From: Acidimicrobiia bacterium
GTDB lineage: Bacteria > Actinomycetota > Acidimicrobiia > Spongiisociales > Spongiisociaceae
DNA length: 64,000 bases
Assembly: GCA_041576165.1 (NCBI GenBank)
Contig: JBFGLM010000002.1
Coordinates: 64,001 to 128,000, forward strand
Reading direction: 5' to 3'
In this document: piece after piece, positions 48,888 through 56,299 of the stretch
Numbering within the stretch: the stretch's first letter is position 1
Layout: each line of letters begins with the position of its first letter
Position numbers and translations under genes: made by a program
The notes under the pieces: model-generated
The model's database searches: none
What the model was told of the DNA's origin: nothing
What the model saw: the letters and a program-made list of their open reading frames with translations, nothing else

Positions 48888-49005
48888 TGCGGCATACGGT
48901 GGCGCGAGCGGGCTGGGCCGCGCGACCGTTGACACAGGGCGCTATTTCCCGTTTAGTCGGATCGGCGCTGGTAATCTGGCGCCGCTGGTACTCAAGGACG
49001 CGGCT

Positions 49006-49512
49006 GTGGCTCAGCGAGCCCTGATCCTCAACGCCTCTTTCGAGCCGCTGTCGATCGTGAAAGCACGAAGGGCAGTGGTTCTCGTTATACGCGGCCGTGC
49101 CGACATCGTGGAGCCGGGGGACGATGTCTGGCGTTCCGAACGGATGATCTTCGATGTACCGTCGGTTGTCCGCCTCCGCAGTTATGTGAAGGTTCCGTAC
49201 GGCCGCCGCGTCCCGCTGACCCGCAGCGCGGTGTTTGCCCGGGACGGGCAACGTTGTCAGTACTGTCGCGGTCCGGCGGAGAGCCTGGACCACGTCGTAC
49301 CGCGTTCACGCGGCGGAACTCACACCTGGGACAATGTGGTGGCCTGCTGCCGCCGGTGCAATATCCGCAAGGGCAACAAGATGCTTCAGGAATGCGGATT
49401 CTCCCTCACCAAGCGGCCGGCGGCTCCCTCCTACCACGGCTGGTTGTACACCACGATCGGATCGGCCCCCGATCCGCGCTGGCAACCCTATCTCCTCGCC
49501 GACTCGGCCTGA
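49006..49512 (+). CDS. HNH endonuclease
   Basis: LILNASFEPL, RDGQRCQYC, DHVVPRSRGG...WDNVVACCRRCN. Confidence 0.92.
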   Translation: MAQRALILNASFEPLSIVKARRAVVLVIRGRADIVEPGDDVWRSERMIFDVPSVVRLRSYVKVPYGRRVPLTRSAVFARDGQRCQYCRGPAESLDHVVPRSRGGTHTWDNVVACCRRCNIRKGNKMLQECGFSLTKRPAAPSYHGWLYTTIGSAPDPRWQPYLLADSA

Positions 49513-49529
49513 CCCGCCGCGTCCTGCGA

Positions 49530-50690
49530 CTACTGACTGGCGATGGTCGTGGTAGTCGTCACCACAGGGGCCGGTTGGACAACTTCCCCGTCCTGGTCGA
49601 CATCGAAGGCGTGGCCACCCAATACGTCGCCGCAATCGAGGAACACGAAATCGCTCCCCGGCTTGGCGCCCAAGTCGACCCATACGGGTACCTCGGCCGG
49701 GGGCGCCAGAATCACCGCCGCCGGCAACCCGGCCTCGTTCACGAACCGGCCGTCCCGCGGCACAATGAACGTCATCACTCGTTCAAATGTCGTACGCGGC
49801 GGAATCATGACACGCTCGATGCTCTCGCTGCGAAGCGGGTCGGTCGGCACGTCCTCGGTCTGAATGAAGAACTGGGTGGAGTAGCGAGCGCTCGAGCCAT
49901 CGGTCCAAACCGCCACGCCTGCCGGCTGCGGGTACAGGACATCCGGGAACGGTGCATCGTCGACACCGTTGTTCGTGACCCGCACGACCAGTCCGTATCC
50001 GACGGTGACCTGCTGGGTCTCGGGGTCGCCGCATACCTGCACGGTGTGGTCGACGGGCGTGACCTCCAGGTCGTCGCTCCACGGGATCGGTTCATTGAAT
50101 TCGGTTATGGCCAGACCCGGAAGAGGCTCCCAGCCCCCGAGCGCAGAGCGACTGCTGCGCAAGTCCCAGCTGGCGAATGTCACGCCGTTCTCAGACGCCT
50201 CGACCGACAGCTCGCTGGTGAAAGCCGTCGGAACCTCGAAGCCCACGGTCCAACGGGCCGGCACTCCCGGGGGAATCACCGACAACGTCGAACCCGGAAC
50301 CAGATTTGTGATCGGGTCGGTTTCCGGGATCACGCGAAGTTCACCTGCGCCGTCCCGCAAGGCCAGGACCGGATAACCGGCTTCACCTGCGAGACCGTTG
50401 AGCAGGTAGGGGAGTACCACCGCAGTAGGACGGAACGCCACCCCGACCTTCACTTCTGACCAGCCGGTGCGGACGGGGGAGGGGACCACGAACGCGTCCT
50501 GAACCTCCAGGTCCCACCCGGGCCCGGCGAAGCGCTGACCGAGCTCGAGCACAGCGACGGGCGGTGGGGGCGAGGATTCTGGCTCGTCCTGGGCGAGCGC
50601 GGGTCCCACCGCCATCGCGCCAGCGAACGAGGCCGCTAGCCCTACCACGGTGATGAGCGCCGCAACGATGACAACTTTGTGGGCTCGCAT
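49530..50690 (-). CDS. Secreted hypothetical protein (beta-rich, Thr-rich tail)
   Basis: GGGAG RBS, signal peptide ending ALA-QD, C-terminal TTTTT. Confidence 0.72.
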   Translation of the reverse strand: MRAHKVVIVAALITVVGLAASFAGAMAVGPALAQDEPESSPPPPVAVLELGQRFAGPGWDLEVQDAFVVPSPVRTGWSEVKVGVAFRPTAVVLPYLLNGLAGEAGYPVLALRDGAGELRVIPETDPITNLVPGSTLSVIPPGVPARWTVGFEVPTAFTSELSVEASENGVTFASWDLRSSRSALGGWEPLPGLAITEFNEPIPWSDDLEVTPVDHTVQVCGDPETQQVTVGYGLVVRVTNNGVDDAPFPDVLYPQPAGVAVWTDGSSARYSTQFFIQTEDVPTDPLRSESIERVMIPPRTTFERVMTFIVPRDGRFVNEAGLPAAVILAPPAEVPVWVDLGAKPGSDFVFLDCGDVLGGHAFDVDQDGEVVQPAPVVTTTTTIASQ

Positions 50691-50900
50691 CTCGACTCCC
50701 AAATCACGTACGCAAAATTTCGGGTGCTTCCGAACTCCGGTTGAGCGTTTTGCGTGTTCGTTACAGGCCGACTGTTCACACTGAGTGGCGATACGGCGGT
50801 TTCTCCGGGCTGGTTTGCATTCCGAATCTGCCACGGTTTGCGCACCGTGTGGGACCGTTCTTCACGCCGACTGAGGCGGCGCCGACCATCGGGCGGACCG

Positions 50901-51080
50901 TCAGACGGGCAGGTCGGTCAGATTGCCGCGACGACGCGCCAAGCGGACCGCCCCCCACCCACCCAAAGCAGCGGCAGGCAGCTCGAGGGCGACGATGATC
51001 TTGGCTCCCGACAACAGCGAGACGAGTGTGAGGACGAACAGGACCAAGGTGCCTACTGCCAGAAAGAGTGCCACCTTCAC
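50901..51080 (-). CDS. Possible small two-TM protein
   Basis: VKVALFLAVGTLVLFVLTLVSLL...LARRRG; no recognised family. Confidence 0.35.
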   Translation of the reverse strand: MKVALFLAVGTLVLFVLTLVSLLSGAKIIVALELPAAALGGWGAVRLARRRGNLTDLPV

Positions 51081-51239
51081 CGGGCACAGCCGGGTCGCCG
51101 TGTACTCGCCCGGGGCCGCCAAACCGATCGATCCGTCCATGATGGGACTTATCGGACGTGAATCCTCATATCTCAAGCGCCGATCGCGGTTCTTTCAGCG
51201 CCGGACAGCTGGGTAGTGGCAGCTATCATGGCCGCTCTC

Positions 51240-51848
51240 ATGACGTCCGAACCTCGCGCTGACGCGGCCGATGCAGGCCACATCGCACGCCGACTGCATC
51301 ACGAATTCGGCCGGGTCCTAGATGCCTCAACGATCGAGCACACCATCTCGGATACCCGACAGCTGCTGGCGGGGCGAGATCGAGGGGATCAACCACAAGC
51401 GGTGGAGTCGTTGGCCCGCGACCGGTTGCGAGCACAGCTCAGCCGGACCAAGCCGGCCGTCCTGTTCCTGTGTGTGCACAACGCAGGCAGGTCGCAAATG
51501 GCTGCAGGCTGGCTACGCCACCTCGCCGGTGACACAGTCGAGGTGTTTTCGGGCGGCTCGGCGCCGGCGAGCGAGATCAACCAACAGGCCGTGGCGGTGA
51601 TGTCGGAGGCCGGCGTTGACATCCGCGGCTACCACCCGCAGCCCTGGACCGACGAGATTGCTCGAGTTGCCGACGTGATCATCACGATGGGCTGCGGTGA
51701 CGCCTGTCCGGTGGTGCCGGGTGCGCGCTACGAGGATTGGGTGGTTCGCGACCCGGCGGAACAGCCGATCGAAGTGGTCCGCGACATATGCAACGACATC
51801 CGAGCTCGGGTCGAGCGGCTGATACGTGAGATGGGTTTGTCGGAGTGA
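51240..51848 (+). CDS. arsC: Arsenate reductase (LMW-PTP fold) with N-terminal helical extension
   Basis: VLFLCVHNAGRSQMA, MGCGDACP, DP motif; ~70-aa helical N-extension. Start 51216-51240. Confidence 0.85.
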   Translation: MTSEPRADAADAGHIARRLHHEFGRVLDASTIEHTISDTRQLLAGRDRGDQPQAVESLARDRLRAQLSRTKPAVLFLCVHNAGRSQMAAGWLRHLAGDTVEVFSGGSAPASEINQQAVAVMSEAGVDIRGYHPQPWTDEIARVADVIITMGCGDACPVVPGARYEDWVVRDPAEQPIEVVRDICNDIRARVERLIREMGLSE

Positions 51849-52594
51849 AATATCCCGACGAGCGAGCCGTTGCGCCGGCCGCCGCCCATCCGATCGCGCT
51901 GCCGACGCTGGCGCGTCGGCTCACGGCCGAGTTCATCGGCACGGCGTTTCTCCTGGCCGCGGTGGTGGGCTCGGGCATCATGGCGGAACGGCTCACCGAC
52001 GACGTCGGACTGCAGCTGTTCCAAAACGCCTTCGCCACCGCCGGTGTGCTGGCGGCGCTGATCCTGGCCCTCGGCCCGGCGTCGGGTGCCCATTTCAATC
52101 CGGCCGTGACATTGGCGGATCGGGTGTTCGGCGGCCTCAGTACGAGGACGGCGATGGGGTACATCGGTGCTCAGGTCACCGGTGGGATCGTCGGCGTGCT
52201 GGCGGCGAATGTGATGTTCGGATTGGACCTGATCGAGTGGTCGGCCAAGGATCGTTCCGGGGGCCACCTGGTCTTTGCCGAGGGGGTCGCAACGGTAGGC
52301 CTACTCCTCGTGATCTTCGGCGTGGTCCGGTCCGGACGGCCCTCGGTTGCCGCTTTCTCGGTCGGTGGCTACATCGCGGGGGCGTACTACTTCACATCCT
52401 CCACCAGCTTTGCCAACCCGGCCGTGACGGTAGGCCGCATATTCTCCGACACCTTTGCCGGCATCGCTCCCGGCTCGGCGCCGGCCTTCGTGGCCGCGCA
52501 GCTGGTGGCAACATTCGCCGCCGTCGGGATCATCTACTTGATCTACCCCGACACCGTTGACATGGCCGATCGGGTGATCGTTCCTCACGATTGA
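51845..52594 (+). CDS. MIP/aquaporin family channel (arsenic-associated type)
   Basis: AEFIGT, VVGSGIMA, SGAHFNPAV, STSFANPAV; GTGA-coupled to arsC. Confidence 0.88.
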   Translation: MKYPDERAVAPAAAHPIALPTLARRLTAEFIGTAFLLAAVVGSGIMAERLTDDVGLQLFQNAFATAGVLAALILALGPASGAHFNPAVTLADRVFGGLSTRTAMGYIGAQVTGGIVGVLAANVMFGLDLIEWSAKDRSGGHLVFAEGVATVGLLLVIFGVVRSGRPSVAAFSVGGYIAGAYYFTSSTSFANPAVTVGRIFSDTFAGIAPGSAPAFVAAQLVATFAAVGIIYLIYPDTVDMADRVIVPHD

Positions 52595-52631
52595 CGTCCA
52601 CCGGGCACTCGCCGCGCCCCGAGTCGCTCGT

Positions 52632-53048
52632 CTACCGCGCCGGCCGTACTGTGATGTCGAGCGGCTCGCCGTCGGCCCAGGTTCCGGCAGCGCTGAACAT
52701 ACCTTCCACGATCTGGCCGTCCAGCTGTGCCACCAATGTACCGTCAGCGGCCACCGAGAGCTGGACAGTGGCGCCTGCGGCCCCCTCGACCGTCACCGCC
52801 GAGTGCGGTGCCAAGCCGACGAGACTGACGTCTATGGCGCGACCCTTGTGGGTGAAGCACGCTGACCCGCCAGCGGTGTCGCGGGTCACACAGCCGTCAC
52901 CCCTCTCGGCGAGTTCGATGACATCGAGTGACTTTGTCACAGAGGATTCCGATGAACAGGCCGAGAGGGTCAGCATCGCGGCCAGTGCTGGTGCCACCCA
53001 GAGCCTCTGCTTCGCGCTACCCGACGGGCGTCTCTCATTCCTGCGCAT
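52632..53048 (-). CDS. Lipoprotein, paralog 1
   Basis: Lipobox LTLSAC; about two-thirds identical by eye to the mature part of 53417-53800. Confidence 0.75.
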   Translation of the reverse strand: MRRNERRPSGSAKQRLWVAPALAAMLTLSACSSESSVTKSLDVIELAERGDGCVTRDTAGGSACFTHKGRAIDVSLVGLAPHSAVTVEGAAGATVQLSVAADGTLVAQLDGQIVEGMFSAAGTWADGEPLDITVRPAR

Positions 53049-53147
53049 GAGGCGACGGCGCACGAGAAGGCTGTGCGGAAGACGGCGAGAGCCCCGGAGG
53101 CGGTGACGACCCCATTGGCCGATCCTACATCTTCGTTCCAGTCTCTA

Positions 53148-53176
53148 GCAATGGTCATTGCGGCAACCGTTATTGC
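53148..53176. promoter_or_regulatory. Twin palindrome (GCAAT-N4-ATTGC)x2, copy 1
   Basis: GCAATGGTCATTGC-G-GCAACCGTTATTGC, 100 nt upstream of lipoprotein 1. Confidence 0.6.
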
Positions 53177-53416
53177 TGAGCCTGAGAGCTGCGGACGTGC
53201 CGGCTGGTTCCACGGCCCTCCGGCCGACACCAATCTGCAGCTTCCATACACCTGGTGCCACAGGACTTTGTGAAGCCTCATCAGGCCGTTCAGCCCGGCC
53301 GCCACGGCCGGGATGACGTTCGGTCTACGTTCGAGCGGGCGCCCGTAGCAGCCGTCCGCCGGTTCGAGTCCGAGGTAGTCGGATCGGAGCGCACCGACCC
53401 CGTCCGGCGCCACCGC

Positions 53417-53800
53417 CTACCGTGCCGGCCGCACCGTGATGTGGAGGGGTTCGCCGCCGGCCCAGGTGCCCCTAGTCGTGAACGTCCCGTCGACGATCTG
53501 ACCGTTCAGCTGGGCAACAAGCGTGCCATCGCCATGCGCAAAGAGCTGAATCGTGTTGCTCCCGACACCCTCGACGGTAACGGTCGATCCCCCCACGAGT
53601 CCCGCGAGGTCGACGTCTATTGCGTTGCCCACATGCGTGAAGCACGCCGATCCACCCGCAGCGGCCTCGTGAGTGACACAGGCATCCCCAGTGCCAGTCA
53701 ACTCGACGACTTCTAGTGGCTCCGCTCCGGACGTCTTCGAGGAGCAAGCTGCGGCCAAGAGCATCGTGGCGATCAGCGCCGTGGACAGTTTTCCTTTCAA
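53417..53800 (-). CDS. Lipoprotein, paralog 2
   Basis: GGAGG RBS then TTG 53800; lipobox LAAAC; shares GGSACFTH, DGTLVAQL, ITVRPAR* with paralog 1. Confidence 0.78.
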   Translation of the reverse strand: MKGKLSTALIATMLLAAACSSKTSGAEPLEVVELTGTGDACVTHEAAAGGSACFTHVGNAIDVDLAGLVGGSTVTVEGVGSNTIQLFAHGDGTLVAQLNGQIVDGTFTTRGTWAGGEPLHITVRPAR

Positions 53801-53924
53801 CGATTCCTCCCCTCTGGGTGCAGCCGGACCGAGTGGTTTGCCACCGGGCATGCCGGGCTCGACCGAAGTCTCTCGCCCAGCGGATCATGTCGGCGGCGGA
53901 CTGTATCAGGCTCCACGCCGTTCA

Positions 53925-53953
53925 GCAATAACTATTGCGGCAATGATTATTGA
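53925..53953. promoter_or_regulatory. Twin palindrome (GCAAT-N4-ATTGC)x2, copy 2
   Basis: GCAATAACTATTGC-G-GCAATGATTATTGA, 125 nt upstream of lipoprotein 2. Confidence 0.6.
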
Positions 53954-54034
53954 CAGCGACCGGCTCTGACGCCCGGTGGTCGGTGGTCGGGGTGTCGCCA
54001 CCCCCAGGGGTCGGACGACCCATTTCGGGGGAGT

Positions 54035-54101
54035 GTGGGGTTGAAGGGGCAAATGGTGTTGACTTGTGGCGCGAAATGGGGCAGAGTGGTTGTCAGTGGG
54101 G
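54035..54101 (+). promoter_or_regulatory. dcw promoter with MraZ-binding direct repeats
   Basis: GTGG/ATGG at 54066, 54076, 54086, 54096 (10-bp period) overlapping TTGACT-N17-CAGAGT. Confidence 0.8.
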
Positions 54102-54222
54102 AATCCGGAGAGGTTTGGGCCACCGTTGGGCGCTTCTGAGCGCTCCCGGGGTGTCAACCGCCCGGAGTCCACCTGGGCAAGGCCTCGGGAGGGCCAGCGG
54201 TGAGTAAAAGGGCGTACAACGG

Positions 54223-54651
54223 GTGTTCCTCGGCGAGTACCAGCACACGATCGACACGAAGGGGCGAGTCGTGCTGCCCGCCCGTTTCCGCGACCGCCTC
54301 GCTGAGGGCTGCGTCGTCACCAAGGGGCAGGAGCGATGCCTCTATGTCTTCCCGCTCGATCGGTGGGAGGACGAAGTGACAAAGGTTTCACGTCTGCCCC
54401 GCACCGACGCGCGGGCACGGCGCTATGCCCGGTCGTTCTTCGCCGGAGCCAGCCAGCAAGAGCTGGACAGGCAGGGACGTGTGTCGGTGCCGCAGAACCT
54501 TCGGGAGTACGCCGGTCTCGAAAAGGACGTGGCGGTGCTGGGCGTGTCGGATCACATCGAGATTTGGTCAAACGAAGAGTGGGCCCGGCTGAGCAGCGAG
54601 GCCGACGAGTACTACGCCAACATCGAGGAGGCACTCACGGACGACATCTGA
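54223..54651 (+). CDS. mraZ: Division/cell wall cluster repressor MraZ
   Basis: FLGEYQHTIDTKGRVVLP, LDRQGR, IEIW. Confidence 0.96.
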   Translation: MFLGEYQHTIDTKGRVVLPARFRDRLAEGCVVTKGQERCLYVFPLDRWEDEVTKVSRLPRTDARARRYARSFFAGASQQELDRQGRVSVPQNLREYAGLEKDVAVLGVSDHIEIWSNEEWARLSSEADEYYANIEEALTDDI

Positions 54652-54670
54652 GGTGGCGCTCTGACTCATC

Positions 54671-54746
54671 GCCAGCCCCCCGGTTACCAATGGATAGCCC
54701 CTTACTCCGCCCGCTTCCAGTTGGTGCCAGCGCCCGGGGGGCTGGC
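54671..54746 (+). ncRNA. mraW-motif-like cis-regulatory hairpin upstream of rsmH
   Basis: Perfect 13-bp outer stem GCCAGCCCCCCGG/CCGGGGGGCTGGC, inner ACCAA/TTGGT and TGGA/TCCA stems, C-rich loop. Confidence 0.55.
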
Positions 54747-54747
54747 C

Positions 54748-55683
54748 ATGAGCCAGAGAACGGAGGGCCGCTACCACGACCCCGTCATGGTCCATGAGGT
54801 GGTCGAGCTGTTCTCGCCGCTGGCGCACGGTGTTGTCGTCGACGCAACGTTCGGCGGCGGAGGGCACTCGGCGGCGATCCTCCGGAACCTGGCTGATGAC
54901 GTCGAGATCGTGGCCATCGACCGCGATCCCGACGCAGTAGCGCATGCCGCCGACAAGGCCAGTGCGTTCGGCGATCGCCTCCGGGTGATCGAAGGCAACT
55001 TTGGGGATTTGGACGTGATACTCGACTCGATCGGGATAGACCGCATAGCGGGGGTGCTCTTCGACCTCGGCGTGTCCAGCCGGCAGCTCGACACGCCGGA
55101 TCGAGGTTTTTCGTTCCGGGCACCGGGTCCGCTCGACATGCGCATGGGTCCCGACGCCGCGATCACGGCGGACCGGCTCGTCAACGAGATGCCGGCGGAA
55201 GAGCTCGGGCGTCTGATTCGTCGTTTTGGGGAAGAGCGGCACGCGTCACGTATTGCCCGGGCCATCGCCGAAGCGCGACCGATCACCGACACCGCCCACC
55301 TCGCGAGCGTCGTGCGAGCGGCCGTTCCAGCTGCCGCCCGACGGGCTGCAGATCCCGCCCGGCGGACCTTCCAAGCGCTGCGCATTGCGGTCAACGATGA
55401 GCTCACGGCCGTGGACCGAGGTGTCGGGGCCGGGTTCGACCGTCTGGCACCCGGCGGGCGCGGCATCGTGATCTCCTATCACTCGCTGGAAGACCGGATA
55501 GTCGCCGGACATGTGCGCACTCGTACGACCGTAGACGTACCGCCCGGGTTGCCGGTCGAACCAGAGCCGGCACCGTTCATCGACCTGACGCCTAAAGCCC
55601 GGCGCCCGACGGCCGCCGAAGTATCAGCCAATCCGCGAGCGCGTAGCGCCCGTCTCCGCGCCATCGAACGGAGGGCCGCGTGA
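54748..55683 (+). CDS. rsmH: 16S rRNA C1402 N4-methyltransferase
   Basis: HDPVM, DATFGGGGHS, DLGVSS, RGFSF...PLDMRM, FQALRIAVN, SYHSLEDR, NPRARSA. Confidence 0.96.
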   Translation: MSQRTEGRYHDPVMVHEVVELFSPLAHGVVVDATFGGGGHSAAILRNLADDVEIVAIDRDPDAVAHAADKASAFGDRLRVIEGNFGDLDVILDSIGIDRIAGVLFDLGVSSRQLDTPDRGFSFRAPGPLDMRMGPDAAITADRLVNEMPAEELGRLIRRFGEERHASRIARAIAEARPITDTAHLASVVRAAVPAAARRAADPARRTFQALRIAVNDELTAVDRGVGAGFDRLAPGGRGIVISYHSLEDRIVAGHVRTRTTVDVPPGLPVEPEPAPFIDLTPKARRPTAAEVSANPRARSARLRAIERRAA

Positions 55684-56090
55684 CCGTTCGCCCAGTTGCC
55701 GTCCCCCGCCAGGTTGCCGCACCGCTGCGCCTGTTGCACAACCACAAAGTGCGCATACCCCATCTTGGCATGTGGGTCGTCTACACCTTTCTGGCCATCA
55801 TTGCGTTCTTCGGACTCATCTACTCCCGAACTGCCCTCGACGCCAGCGCCTTCGAGCTGCAACAACTCGAAACCGGCATTGCGGAAGAGCAGGAGCGCTT
55901 TCAGCAGCTCAGGTTGGAGGTGGCCCGGCTTTCTTCCCCCGAGCGGATCATCCCAGCCGCCGAGGAAATGGGCCTGATATTCCCCGGCGACGTCACCCCG
56001 CTGACCGCGTCCGGAGTGGTGGCGGGCGATGCCAGCGACTTGGAGGATCGGTGGACCGAGGTCAAATCCGTGCTGAGCGCCGCGCCATGA
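55680..56090 (+). CDS. ftsL: Cell division protein FtsL-like
   Basis: TM plus leucine zipper, LSSPERI...AEEMGL; position after rsmH. Confidence 0.8.
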   Translation: MTVRPVAVPRQVAAPLRLLHNHKVRIPHLGMWVVYTFLAIIAFFGLIYSRTALDASAFELQQLETGIAEEQERFQQLRLEVARLSSPERIIPAAEEMGLIFPGDVTPLTASGVVAGDASDLEDRWTEVKSVLSAAP

Positions 56091-56299
56091 GCGTCGTGTG
56101 GCTGAGTGCCATACGAGCCGGGTTGACCAGCCAGATGCGGCTCATGCTGCGAGTGGCACTGTTGACTGCTGCACGCGCCGCCTACGGCGCCATTCAATCC
56201 GGACCGACGATGACCGAGCTGAGCGCTGGCAGCCAGTCCCCGGGGGACGGCGGTGCGACACCCGCCGGGATTGCCCTCGCCGCTCGGCCCAGAGACTAA
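56087..56299 (+). CDS. Orphan 70-aa ORF between ftsL and ftsI
   Basis: ATGA overlap with the ftsL stop and TAATG overlap with the ftsI start. Confidence 0.45.
   Translation: MSVVWLSAIRAGLTSQMRLMLRVALLTAARAAYGAIQSGPTMTELSAGSQSPGDGGATPAGIALAARPRD

Noticed and set aside
50780-50850. c-di-GMP-I riboswitch suggested by GCAAACC words
   Set aside because: Lacks the GNRA-capped P2 stem followed by the GACGCAAAGC/P3 arrangement.
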